A stretch of DNA of 64,000 bases from an uncultured Spirochaetota bacterium (lineage in GTDB: Bacteria > Spirochaetota > Brevinematia > Brevinematales > JAOACQ01), in contig CAVYGN010000001.1 in the NCBI GenBank assembly GCA_963768055.1, positions 352,001 through 416,000 of the forward strand, in the 5' to 3' direction. Shown one piece after another: positions 9,251-18,895 of this stretch. Positions within the stretch are counted from its first letter, which is position 1. Each line of letters begins with the position of its first letter. Both the position numbers and the translations under genes were made by a program. A model generated the notes under the pieces. That model saw nothing but the letters and a program-made list of their open reading frames with translations. It did no database searches and was not told the DNA's origin.

Positions 9251-9279
9251 TTGACAAACCAAAGAAAATGAGTTATACT
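9251..9279 (+). promoter_or_regulatory. Transposase promoter with -35 inside the left TIR
   Basis: TTGACA (9251-9256), N17, TATACT (9274-9279). Confidence 0.65.
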
Positions 9280-9310
9280 ATTCTTGAAATAAATGAATAG
9301 GAGAAAAAAT

Positions 9311-10261
9311 ATGAAATTTAATCTTCCTGAATATAAGAATATGAGCGAAATGGCTTATATTGATGTCTGCCGATTATCGGAAGATGAAGCGAGAACAATT
9401 TTAGAAAATATTCGCTGGAAGGATGGTATAATATGTCCTCATTGTGAAAGTAAAAATATTGTTAGAATCATCGGAAAAGCAAAAACCATAAGAGATGGTC
9501 TTATACGCTGTAAGGATTGCAGAAAGCAATTTACAGTTACATCCGGGACAATAATGCATGGGTCACATATTACATTAAGGCAATGGGTACAGGCTTATTA
9601 TTCAATGTGTTCTCATAAAAAGGGTGTTTCGTCTCTCCAGTTACAAAGAAACCTCGGATTACATACTTATAAATCCGCATGGCATTTATCCCATAGGATT
9701 AGGATGACGATGAAAAAGGAGCCTTTAGCAAATATGCTCAATGGACAAGTTGAAGTCGATGAAACCTATGTTGGCGGGAAGCCGAGAAAGGGAAATAACA
9801 GCAACAGCAAAAGAGGGCGAGGAACTGAAAAAGTCCCTGTAATGGTATTGGTTGAAAGAAACGGTAAAGCCGTATCTCATCCTGTTCCCGATGTAACCGG
9901 GGAAACATTAAAGTCAGCCATTAAAGAAGTAGTTAATAAAGAATCAACAATTATTACTGACGAATGGAGAAGTTATAACGGGATTGAAAAAGAGTATAAA
10001 GGCGGCCATAAAGTAATTAATCACGGGATAGGCCAGTATTCAGAGAATGGGATCAATACAAATACCGCCGAATCATATTTTTCACTCTTAAAGAGGGGAA
10101 TCGTAGGAACCTTCCATCATATTTCTAAAAAACATCTTTTCAGGTATTGTGCGGAATTTAATTTCAGATGGAATAACAGGAAAAAAAGCGATGGAGAAAG
10201 AACAGAAAACGCTATTAGGGGGATAGTCGGAAAAAGATTAAAATATAAGGGGGCTTTTTAA
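9311..10261 (+). CDS. IS1595-family DDE transposase
   Basis: Zn ribbon CPHC...CKDC; VEVDETYVGG, ITDEW and NTNTAESYFSLLKRG...HHIS.KHL.RY..EF.FRWN motifs; RBS AGGAG before 9311. Confidence 0.93.
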   Translation: MKFNLPEYKNMSEMAYIDVCRLSEDEARTILENIRWKDGIICPHCESKNIVRIIGKAKTIRDGLIRCKDCRKQFTVTSGTIMHGSHITLRQWVQAYYSMCSHKKGVSSLQLQRNLGLHTYKSAWHLSHRIRMTMKKEPLANMLNGQVEVDETYVGGKPRKGNNSNSKRGRGTEKVPVMVLVERNGKAVSHPVPDVTGETLKSAIKEVVNKESTIITDEWRSYNGIEKEYKGGHKVINHGIGQYSENGINTNTAESYFSLLKRGIVGTFHHISKKHLFRYCAEFNFRWNNRKKSDGERTENAIRGIVGKRLKYKGAF

Positions 10262-10911
10262 TGGATAGCATAAGTAAAGAGACTATACAGATTTTGTTTT
10301 TTCTAATGCCAGGATTATTAGCATCAATATTTGTAGAATCATTAATTGTAAGAAAAGGACGGGATCAGTTTACTTTAATAGTTGAAGCATTGATATTTTC
10401 AGTATTTATTTACATTACTTATCAATTAATTAACGGAAAAAAAATCATAAACTTTCTGGAAAATTATGATTATATGTGTATTACTCAATATTTAGAATTG
10501 GTTGGAATAAGTATATTTTATGGAATATTATTTGGCGTATTAATATACAGAGACGCTTTCCATTGGTTTTTCAGAACAATTAAGATCACAAAAAAAACAT
10601 CAAGAATGTCTATATGGAACGATATTATGGAAACAAATTTGGGAAAGAAAAATTGGGCAAATATCCATATGTCTAATGGTCAAATTATTATAGGTCAAAT
10701 TTATGGATATTCTGATAGTCCAGATAGTCAATATATATTTGTTGAGAATCCTTATCTTAAAAAGAATGAAGAAGAAATATTATCTCATCCTTATTATAAC
10801 CCTATTCTTTTGAAGAAAGGCAAAAAAAAATTAATTGATGGGATATTGATAACACCCGAAATGAAAATAGATTATATTGAATTTTTTAAAGATGAAACAA
10901 TTAAGAATTAA
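10261..10911 (+). CDS. IS passenger membrane protein (DUF6338-like)
   Basis: LMPG motif, three TMs, then SIW..., G..IIG....YSDSP....IF soluble domain; very AT-rich; TAATG-coupled to the transposase. Confidence 0.65.
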   Translation: MDSISKETIQILFFLMPGLLASIFVESLIVRKGRDQFTLIVEALIFSVFIYITYQLINGKKIINFLENYDYMCITQYLELVGISIFYGILFGVLIYRDAFHWFFRTIKITKKTSRMSIWNDIMETNLGKKNWANIHMSNGQIIIGQIYGYSDSPDSQYIFVENPYLKKNEEEILSHPYYNPILLKKGKKKLIDGILITPEMKIDYIEFFKDETIKN

Positions 10912-11063
10912 TTATCTGATGTACTATTATTAGAGTTATTATTATTTTCTTGTGTAGTAGTTTCTGTTTGAGGGGTATCAAACAATGTGCTTATATCCTC
11001 ACCTTCAAGAGGTTCGTGATGACCGACTAATGATTTCCATACAACATTATTGGGGTTTGGCAT
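10908..11063 (-). CDS. Small 51-aa passenger protein (not in ORF track)
   Basis: MPNPNNVVWKSLVGHHEPLEGEDISTLFDTPQTETTTQENNNNSNNSTSDN; RBS AAGGAG; dedicated consensus promoter; stop overlaps the convergent gene's stop (TTAA). Confidence 0.6.
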   Translation of the reverse strand: MPNPNNVVWKSLVGHHEPLEGEDISTLFDTPQTETTTQENNNNSNNSTSDN

Positions 11064-11094
11064 ATTTTATACTCCTTAATGATTTACCTAAAAT

Positions 11095-11124
11095 ATTATA
11101 AAGGAATTATATATATTATGTCAA
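11095..11124 (-). promoter_or_regulatory. Consensus sigma70 promoter for the 51-aa ORF
   Basis: Minus strand TTGACA (11124-11119), N18, TATAAT (11100-11095). Confidence 0.65.
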
Positions 11125-11147
11125 GTATATAAAAATGGGGTTATGAA

Positions 11148-11279
11148 ATGAGAAAGAGAAAAACGAGAACAAACGAAGGGAAAAAGTATGATAAACCAAT
11201 ATCGGCCTATCCCTTAAAACCCGAAGAATTGATAAAGGCTATTTTTGAGGTTAAGATAGATGGTTTGTCAAAGGTATAG
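11148..11279 (+). CDS. Small basic 43-aa ORF ending inside the right TIR
   Basis: MRKRKTRTNEGKKYDKPISAYPLKPEELIKAIFEVKIDGLSKV; GGGG about 8 nt upstream; amphipathic C-terminal helix. Confidence 0.35.
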   Translation: MRKRKTRTNEGKKYDKPISAYPLKPEELIKAIFEVKIDGLSKV

Positions 11280-11345
11280 TTCCGAATAAATTTTCAGAAT
11301 TTGCCAAATTATTTTTCTGATTAAATTACAATAATGGAGCTGGCG

Positions 11346-12535
11346 ATGCCTGTTTTTGAACCTGATGAATACGCAGGTTAAGTAAACTGACTGGTATAAT
11401 ACGAACCAAGAGCCTTGATTTGGTTCTTATCAGCTACCCGAGGGATATCTATTATTATACGGGTTCCTTGCAGCCGCTGTATTTCATAGTATCTACCGGG
11501 AATGAACCGCTTGCCGCGGCCAGAAAAGGCATCCCCAGAATAGAAGAAGAAACTGTTAATGTTGAAATAGCGCCGTTTTCAAATACGAATGAATTTGAGA
11601 AAATACTCAGAAGCAGGACATCAAAAAAGAACCCCGGAATCGGATTATGCTTCGAAACTATCAGCCATAAGTCATACAACAGGATAAGCGAAATTTTCCC
11701 GGGTTCTTTAATATCCGATATTTCCTGGGATGTAAGGCTTCTAAGAACCGTAAAAAGCATAAAAGAAATCGAGTTGATCAGGCATGCGGGAAAGATCATG
11801 GCAAGGATACCTGAGATACTTCTTTCGCGTTTTCATTCCGGAATGACCGAGCTTGAGATGTCTGTTATTATTGAGGATTATTTCAGGTCGGAAGGCCTCG
11901 GTTATAATTGCAGCCGTCAGGATGGGATCAATTTCGGCTTCGGAGTCTTCAGTGCCGGCATTAATTCCATGAATCCGACAAGGTTTGACGGGATCTGCTC
12001 AGGCAAAGGCCTTTCTCCGGCTATGCCTTTCGGGGCCGGACATTCGATGATTGGAAAGGGAGTCCCCGTAATTGCAGATTTCGGCGTAACTATGGAAGGT
12101 TATCATGCCGACCAGACAAGGATGTTCTGCTGGGGCAAGCCAAGCAGCCTTGTAATAGAGGCATATTCGGCAATGCTTGAGATCGAAAACGATCTGATTG
12201 ACTTCATTAAGCCGGGAATGCCATGGTATTCTCCATATGAAAGGTCGTTGAAACTCGCAGAAGAAAAGGGTTATGCAAGCTCTTTCATGGGATCGGGGAG
12301 AGAAAGGGTTAAATTTATAGGGCATGGCGTCGGGCTTGAACTCGATGAACCGCCATTCCTTTCAAAGGGTATGGATTATATAATCGAGGAAGGCATGGTC
12401 ATTGCCGTTGAACCTAAGGTTAGCCTTGCCGGGTATGGGGTTATTGGTGTCGAGGATACGATAGTTATAACAAAGGATGGGAACAACTATCTTACAGAAG
12501 CGCCCAGGGATTTTATTTGCAGCCGAGGCAAATAA
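11346..12535 (+). pseudogene. Xaa-Pro aminopeptidase (M24) with an N-terminal frameshift (or sequence error)
   Basis: M24 motifs DFG...YHADQTR, GHGVGLELDEPP, AVEPK, GVEDT; the RBS-preceded ATG 11346 (MPVFEPDE) is out of frame with the body (IRRLSKLTG...) by one base near 11368. Confidence 0.75.
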
Positions 12536-12571
12536 TTATACCGGACGGGGACAGGGGAGGTCGGAGAAAAT

Positions 12572-13765
12572 ATGCCCTTAAAACGTTCCGTGGAAGAAAA
12601 AAGATTGAATATTATGCTTCATGCGTTACCCGGTTACATGAGAGCCGTAATAATGGAGCTTCGAAATAAAAAATTATCGCGTGAAGAAATAGCTGAAAGC
12701 TTGAGCCATATCGTAAGTATGACTGTTTTAAATGGAAATAAAAGGACCGGGCGTTCGAAATTTAAGGAAATGACGGATAGCGGCATTGAAATAGCTTTAA
12801 AACTCGGTATTATTGAAGAAAATAAGGGATCGTATTATCTCACTGGCGACGGCGAAAAAGTAGCCGGATTTATGCATGTGAATATATTTATATTCTTCAG
12901 AAGATTCTTTTCGATCGAAACCTCTATAAAAATATCCGTCTTTGTATTGATAATTCTAGGTATATTGAAGCTCGGCTTCGGCTTCGTTTCCGGTTCGGCC
13001 GGTTTGATAGCGGACGGTATAGACAATACCATGGATATATTGTCTTCCTTAATCGTATGGGCCGGCTTAAAATTAAAAAAGGAAAAAGCCTCTTCAGTAT
13101 TCATAATTGCTATGATGTTTATCTCTATAATATTCCTTGTTATAACGGGAATAGGTAAGATAATTGATCCGAAGCCTATCAGCGAAGGTATGCTCACGAT
13201 TGCAGTATCGCTTATAGCCGGTCTGACAATGATGATGCTTTCCCTTTACCAGGATGCGGCGGGTAAGAAAAACGGAAATTTTACAGTCATATGCCAGTCG
13301 GTTGAATCGAAAAACCATTTTTACATTTCGATCATGGTAAGCCTGGGCATCCTGCTGTCAATTGTTTCGAAAAGTTTGAAGTTTGACTGGCTGATTTACT
13401 CCGACGGAGCAGTTTCAATTATCATTACATTATTAATATTCAGGGCTGCGTTATCGCTGACTCTTTCTTTCCTGAAAGGAGGTGAAAACGAGGGGCAGGT
13501 CGCTGATTATCTCAAAGGCAAAACAAGGTCTTTTAAAAGGCGTTTCCTTTATAACTGGATAATGCAACAGCTTGCCGATGAAGGATTGACGGCAAACGAA
13601 CTGGTATCGAGGTTTAAGGACGAATTTTGCCGGACTCCTCCGGCAATCCTCAGCCTGACGGGATTCGGATATATGCCTGAAGACGCCCGGGACCTTGAAA
13701 TTCACCTCGATAAATTTATCAAAGAGAAAAAAATAAAGCTGGAAGGCGGGAAATATTATCGTTAG
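12572..13765 (+). CDS. Cation diffusion facilitator family transporter with an N-terminal wHTH-like extension
   Basis: GS.GLIADGID...D motif, six TMs; N-terminal helical segment ending YYLT..GE. Confidence 0.75.
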   Translation: MPLKRSVEEKRLNIMLHALPGYMRAVIMELRNKKLSREEIAESLSHIVSMTVLNGNKRTGRSKFKEMTDSGIEIALKLGIIEENKGSYYLTGDGEKVAGFMHVNIFIFFRRFFSIETSIKISVFVLIILGILKLGFGFVSGSAGLIADGIDNTMDILSSLIVWAGLKLKKEKASSVFIIAMMFISIIFLVITGIGKIIDPKPISEGMLTIAVSLIAGLTMMMLSLYQDAAGKKNGNFTVICQSVESKNHFYISIMVSLGILLSIVSKSLKFDWLIYSDGAVSIIITLLIFRAALSLTLSFLKGGENEGQVADYLKGKTRSFKRRFLYNWIMQQLADEGLTANELVSRFKDEFCRTPPAILSLTGFGYMPEDARDLEIHLDKFIKEKKIKLEGGKYYR

Positions 13766-14405
13766 ATTCCCCGCGATGCTGCTTTTCTGCGATATGCACC
13801 TTTAAAGGATACATTATCGATCCGCTTTTTATATGCGTTAAGCCGGCTTCTTTAAACATATTTTTGTATTCTTTAGTGCTGTAAAATTTAACATGCTCCT
13901 GTTCTTTTTTCTGTACTATTTTATTGATCCTTGCTGTTATAAAATCGTCAGACGTTACATCCAGGATATAAATTTTTCCTCCCTGTTTTAATACTCTTTT
14001 AACTTCAATTAAGACCTTTACAGGATTGAGATAATGGTGAAATGAATTTGTACAGATGATATTATCGAAGTAATAGCTTTCTAATGGTAAAGATTCGGCA
14101 CTTGCTTTATAAAAATGCACGTTCTTTAAACCGCGGGAATTTTCAATTGCTTTTTCTATCATTCCGCCGGAAATATCGATACCTGTAAAATCGCCTTCTC
14201 CGTCAAGGATTTCAGCGGCGTAGCGGACAGCCCAGCCGGTTCCGCAGCCTATATCGAGAAAATTCGATCCCTTTTTCAAATCCAGCGGCGATATAAGGCG
14301 TTTTTGCATGTACCTGAAATAATCGAACCTCTTTTCGTCGTAAGTCCGGGAACGCCTGCTCCACTTTTGTTCGTTGGCTTTTTCATGGCCTGTATTTGAA
14401 TCCAT
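13719..14405 (-). CDS. Class I SAM-dependent methyltransferase (UbiE-like)
   Basis: LDIGCGTG, GIDIS, AESLP...FD...SFHH motifs. Confidence 0.88.
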   Translation of the reverse strand: MDSNTGHEKANEQKWSRRSRTYDEKRFDYFRYMQKRLISPLDLKKGSNFLDIGCGTGWAVRYAAEILDGEGDFTGIDISGGMIEKAIENSRGLKNVHFYKASAESLPLESYYFDNIICTNSFHHYLNPVKVLIEVKRVLKQGGKIYILDVTSDDFITARINKIVQKKEQEHVKFYSTKEYKNMFKEAGLTHIKSGSIMYPLKVHIAEKQHRGESNDNISRLPALFFSL

Positions 14406-14836
14406 TAGTCGCCTTTATCGAAATAACTCCGGGTCCTCTCCAGGTTGAGAATATCGTTTTTCTTTATAGCGGATAAAATCATTTCTTCCCTGGATTTGAA
14501 ATTATCATCAAGTTCGAATTCGTTGATATGTTTGAGCAAAGTTCCGTCTTTATGCTCTAAAAATATTTTAACAGTCAGCTGATATGCAAAAGGCGCCAGC
14601 GGCGGCATTCTGATTGTAACCAGTGAGAAATTCTCGGGAATAATGATTCTCTCCAGCTCCACATCTCCGGACGGGGTTCCCCTGGATATTGTGCGGAGCG
14701 ATCTTTCATTCCGGAATAATATTTCAGTATTAGCGGCAACAGGGTCGATTTTTTTCATGAATTCCGCTGCCGCCATTTCATTAAACGCTTTTTCCCTGGG
14801 GCATTTTAAAATTATTTCCTCGCATATCTTCGGCAT
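14405..14836 (-). CDS. SRPBCC/polyketide-cyclase-like protein
   Basis: 143 aa; N-terminal I...CPREKAF, PFAY...W/K.F....GT.L and C-terminal helix pattern. Confidence 0.55.
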   Translation of the reverse strand: MPKICEEIILKCPREKAFNEMAAAEFMKKIDPVAANTEILFRNERSLRTISRGTPSGDVELERIIIPENFSLVTIRMPPLAPFAYQLTVKIFLEHKDGTLLKHINEFELDDNFKSREEMILSAIKKNDILNLERTRSYFDKGD

Positions 14837-14884
14837 AATTATATCTCCTATATTATTGAAACGGCTATTATTGAATCGTCGGAG

Positions 14885-15188
14885 CTACCTGCCGGCCTGC
14901 GAGAACCCGAAGCTTAATAGGACGCTCATCAGAACAATTGCGGCAAAAAATATGACCCGCCCCCACTTATCCGGGCCTGCAACCTTGCCGAGCTTGAATA
15001 GGATATATCCTGCGGCGAGGTTGCCGAGCGCCCATAGCGTATTCACGACCGGGGGCGAAAGGCCCTTTCCCGGGGGATTTGCGAACGGAGTGGGAAATAA
15101 TTCACCCGATACTCCATGGATAAAGTGCGGGACGGTATTTACAAGAAAAGCCCGCGAAGAAACAAGCCAGGTAATTGTACCATTTCAT
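14885..15188 (-). pseudogene. Small membrane protein with a frameshift (not in ORF track)
   Basis: RBS AAGGAG; MKWYNYLACFFAG, then shift near 15147 into LVNTVPHFIHGVSGELFPTPFANPPGKGLSPPVVNTLWALGNL...; length 304 bp (3n+1). Confidence 0.7.
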
Positions 15189-15205
15189 GGTCTGACTCCT
15201 TAATT

Positions 15206-16129
15206 CTATTTTCGTCTTTCAGCTTCCATTTCAAGAGTTGCCGGTTTGTATTGAAATAACGACAATAATTCCCGATGCAATTCAGGCAATTCCGAAACAT
15301 AAGATTGGGGGAAATTGTTTAATAATTTAATATAACCGAGCAGGTTATGAATAAAAAGCATATTGTCGGAAAATAAGGATAAAGGAGATGTCAGATTATA
15401 AGCTATCAACGGAAAAATAAGAGGTATTTTTTGGAATTTTATTTTCTTTTCCCAGACTTTCGATATCCTTTTTGCCGCATCCGGAAAAGAAAGAGCTTCC
15501 GGCCCAACCAATTTGATTCTTAATCCTGACAGATCTTCTCTTAAGGATGCTTGAGCGGCAATTTCTCCCAGATCTAAAGGGGATATTGTCGGGAGGCCGG
15601 CAGGGCCGCCGCCCGGGACCATCATTTTATTTCCCCGGATCATTGAAAAGAATATCTGCATAGAAGGGGGCGCTCCAAGTACCGTCCAGTTGAGATCTGA
15701 ACTTTTTAACCATAGCTCAACTTCGGCCTTTTCGTTCGCTGCAGCTAAATTGTGTTTGCCGGCAAATTCCCGGTTAGCTTCAAATACTGAAATGTAAACG
15801 ATCCTGTTGATTCCTTCATTTTTAGCCGTTTTTAGCATTGAGATTACAGCATCCTGTTCTATTTCCTTCAGACGTCTGATCTGTTTTGGAACAAATGCTG
15901 AAATTGCTATAATAATACAATCAACTCCGAATATGGCCTGTTTTACTGAAAAATTTGATAAAATATCTCCCGAAACAAATTCGACTTTATCACCCAGGGT
16001 TTCCCCGGCTTGTTCGATATTGCGGGTCATTACCCGGACGTTAACATCTTTTGACAAAAGACTTTTTACAATACAACGCCCATAATGCCCGGTCCCTCCC
16101 AAAACAAGAACGGTTTTTCTGTTTGCCAT
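15206..16129 (-). CDS. NAD(P)H-binding protein (NmrA/atypical SDR)
   Basis: VLVLGGTGHYG Rossmann motif. Confidence 0.85.
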   Translation of the reverse strand: MANRKTVLVLGGTGHYGRCIVKSLLSKDVNVRVMTRNIEQAGETLGDKVEFVSGDILSNFSVKQAIFGVDCIIIAISAFVPKQIRRLKEIEQDAVISMLKTAKNEGINRIVYISVFEANREFAGKHNLAAANEKAEVELWLKSSDLNWTVLGAPPSMQIFFSMIRGNKMMVPGGGPAGLPTISPLDLGEIAAQASLREDLSGLRIKLVGPEALSFPDAAKRISKVWEKKIKFQKIPLIFPLIAYNLTSPLSLFSDNMLFIHNLLGYIKLLNNFPQSYVSELPELHRELLSLFQYKPATLEMEAERRK

Positions 16130-16130
16130 G

Positions 16131-16802
16131 TTATTTAACTACTCCTATTGCCATACCATCGTATCCCTTTTCTCCGATCGTCTGAATGACGGCAAAATCC
16201 GCCGCGGTGCATTTTTTAAGGTAATCATTCAGCCTTTGAACGCCCAGGACTTTAGGGTCTTCGGTTTTTTTATTAAGTATTTCCCCTTTACGAATGACAT
16301 TGTCCAATGCAATTACAGTTCCTTTTCTTGAGAGTTTGATCGCCCATTTTAAATATTCTACATAAGGAGGCTTATCAGCGTCGATAAAGATGAAATCGAA
16401 AGGGGCAATATTGCTTTCCAGTATTTCCGGCAAAATTTCCAGCGCTTTTCCGTTTTTCAGGGAAACTGTTTTATCGAGACCGGCTGATTTTATATTTTCT
16501 TTTGCAATAGCCCAATTACCTTTATCATACTCGATCGTTATAAGTATCCCGTCATGGCTTAAAGCCCTTGCCAGCCATATGGTGCTGTATCCGACGAGAG
16601 TCCCGATCTCCAGTATTTTTTTTGCTCCGCATGACCTGGCCAGAACCTGGAGAAATTTGCCCTGAACAGGCGTAATAGCGGCTTCCGGCATCGACGACCT
16701 TTTACAGGAGGCCCTGACAGTTTTCAGGACTTCGTCTTCCTCTCCGGTCCGTTCTTTGATATAATTATCAACTGATTTGAAAAGTTTTTTATTCATTTTC
16801 AT
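16131..16802 (-). CDS. O-methyltransferase (COMT/CCoAOMT-like)
   Basis: ILEIGTLVGYSTIW, FDFIFIDADK, DNV and GYDG motifs. Confidence 0.92.
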   Translation of the reverse strand: MKMNKKLFKSVDNYIKERTGEEDEVLKTVRASCKRSSMPEAAITPVQGKFLQVLARSCGAKKILEIGTLVGYSTIWLARALSHDGILITIEYDKGNWAIAKENIKSAGLDKTVSLKNGKALEILPEILESNIAPFDFIFIDADKPPYVEYLKWAIKLSRKGTVIALDNVIRKGEILNKKTEDPKVLGVQRLNDYLKKCTAADFAVIQTIGEKGYDGMAIGVVK

Positions 16803-16944
16803 ATATAGTTTCCTTTGATTCCATTATTCTAATCCCTTCACAGGGATTTATCAAAATTTCGTCCGGACCGACGCCGCATTAACTGGACAAACATGCCCGG
16901 CCAAATTAGAATATTACAATGTTGCAAGGCAGGTAGATAACTTA

Positions 16945-18252
16945 ATGAGAAACAATATCATCCATCCGGGCGCGGATGAATTGACCTATGAAATAAGGGA
17001 AATCGTTGAAATCGGGAACAGGATCGAAAAAACAGGGGTTGATATATACTGGGAGAATATCGGCGATCCGGTTGCCAAGGGAGAAGAAGTTCCTGTATGG
17101 ATCAAGGAAATAGTAGCGGATCTTGTCAGGAATGAAAATCTCAGCTACTCCTATTCACCGACAAAAGGACTGCTTAAGACGCGGGAATACATAGCTTATG
17201 AAAGAAACCTGGAAGGCGGCGCTCAGATTGACGCCGACGACATACTCTTTTTCAACGGTTTAGGCGACGCGATCTCGAATGTTTACACTTACCTCAATAA
17301 AAATGCCCGGGTAATAGGCCCAAATCCGGCTTATTCGACGCATTCATCCGCGGAAGGGGCTCACGCCGGTTCGCCCCACATTACATACAAACTCGATCCC
17401 GATAATAACTGGTACCCGGATGTCGACGATTTAAGGGCAAAGATTATCAAGTTCCCTGAAATAAGCGGGATCCTGATCGTAAACCCCGACAACCCGACTG
17501 GCATGGTATATTCGAAGGACGTTATCAAAAAGGTCGTAGACATAGCAAGGGAATTCGATCTTTTTATTATTTCGGATGAAATCTATTCCAACCTGTATTA
17601 CGGAGGTTCCGTCCATAACAAGCTGGCTTCTGTAATCGACAAGGTTCCCGGTATCGGCTTGAGGGGAATATCCAAGGAATTTCCCTGGCCGGGTGCCCGC
17701 TGCGGCTGGGCTGAATTTTATAACCGGGATAAGGACGCCGCGTTCGCCAGGTATACCAAAACGATCATCGACGCTAAAATGCTCGAAGTATGCTCCACTA
17801 CCTTGCCGCAGAAAGCCCTCCCTATTGTCATGTCGGATAAAAGGTATTATCCCTATCTTTCCGAGCGCAACGCCCGGTATTGGGAAAAGTCGCAGATGGC
17901 TTACGATATTTTCTCGGAAGTGCCGGGGCTCAAGCTGAATAAAGCGTACGGGGCATTTTACATAACGGTTCTTTTTAAAGATGGTTCTCTTCGCCCCGGT
18001 CAATACCTGAAACCGGCGAATAACGAGGCGGCCGGCATCATAAAGCCTTTTACCGATACGCCTTACCTGGATAAATGTTTCGTTTATTATTTGCTGGCAT
18101 CGAGGGGGATCTGCGTAGTACCTCTCTCGTCCGGATTTAACTCCGATTTGTTCGGGTTCAGAATTACTCTGCTTGAGCCCGATATCGTCAAATTCAAGTC
18201 TGTCATGCTCGAAATCGCCGGCGCCGCAAGGGAATTTATCGATTCAAATTGA
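16945..18252 (+). CDS. PLP-dependent class I/II aminotransferase (AlaA-like)
   Basis: NIGDP, NPDNPTG, SDEIY and GISKE..WPGARCGW motifs. Confidence 0.9.
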   Translation: MRNNIIHPGADELTYEIREIVEIGNRIEKTGVDIYWENIGDPVAKGEEVPVWIKEIVADLVRNENLSYSYSPTKGLLKTREYIAYERNLEGGAQIDADDILFFNGLGDAISNVYTYLNKNARVIGPNPAYSTHSSAEGAHAGSPHITYKLDPDNNWYPDVDDLRAKIIKFPEISGILIVNPDNPTGMVYSKDVIKKVVDIAREFDLFIISDEIYSNLYYGGSVHNKLASVIDKVPGIGLRGISKEFPWPGARCGWAEFYNRDKDAAFARYTKTIIDAKMLEVCSTTLPQKALPIVMSDKRYYPYLSERNARYWEKSQMAYDIFSEVPGLKLNKAYGAFYITVLFKDGSLRPGQYLKPANNEAAGIIKPFTDTPYLDKCFVYYLLASRGICVVPLSSGFNSDLFGFRITLLEPDIVKFKSVMLEIAGAAREFIDSN

Positions 18253-18261
18253 TCCTGAAAT

Positions 18262-18819
18262 TCATTCTATGATCGTGTAATATTTCTCGTATTTCCTTGC
18301 AGGCGGCTTCAACTGCAGGTTTTCTTTTTTATATCCGAGGGCCAGGCCGTAGCAGGGCTCGTAGCCTTCGGGTATCGGTATCTTCGCAGCGTTCTCCTTA
18401 GAGTCGAAAAAGTATTTCGCGAAGCCTATCCAGCATGAACCGATATTAAGGCTCTCCGCCGCTATCATCATATTCGCTATGGCGGCGCAGACGTCCGCGA
18501 ACGGCGAGACCGCTTCCGTTTTTCCTGAAACGATGATCACTGTAGGAGCATGGTGGAAAATGTGAAGGTCTTCGTTTTTGCCGGCCTTTTCAATCCAGTC
18601 GATATCCGCGTATCTCATTTCGACTTTGCTGCCCCGGTTGAACGCATCGATCAATTCCCTGTTGCGTATTACGGTAAAATAACAGGACTGCTCGTTGTGC
18701 GCCGAGGGCGCCTGGATTCCGGCCTCGAGAATCGATAGCAGTTCGTCCTCTTTAATTTGTTCGCTCCTGTATTGCCGGACGCTTCTCCTGCCGGCTATGG
18801 TTTGAAGTACTTTATTCAT
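18262..18819 (-). CDS. Nitroreductase family protein
   Basis: RRSVRQY, APSAHNEQ and NMMIAAESLNIGSCWIG motifs. Confidence 0.92.
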   Translation of the reverse strand: MNKVLQTIAGRRSVRQYRSEQIKEDELLSILEAGIQAPSAHNEQSCYFTVIRNRELIDAFNRGSKVEMRYADIDWIEKAGKNEDLHIFHHAPTVIIVSGKTEAVSPFADVCAAIANMMIAAESLNIGSCWIGFAKYFFDSKENAAKIPIPEGYEPCYGLALGYKKENLQLKPPARKYEKYYTIIE

Positions 18820-18895
18820 CGTACCCCCCTGTTAATATAACTTCAAGTAATTAAATTTAGTAAAAATACTGCAATATTGCAAGGGCGCGCATGGC

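Larger units (their letters stand above)
9238..11284 (+). mobile_element. Complete IS1595-family insertion sequence with passenger genes (about 2.05 kb)
   Basis: Left TIR CGGAATTATATACTTGACAAACCA (9238-9261) versus right TIR reverse complement CGGAACTATACCTTTGACAAACCA (11261-11284), 20/24 identical; perfect 8-bp TSD AATAAATT at 9230-9237 and 11285-11292. Confidence 0.92.

Noticed and set aside
14643..15203. 186-aa plus-strand ORF
   Set aside because: Antisense to the SRPBCC gene and to the frameshifted membrane-protein gene.
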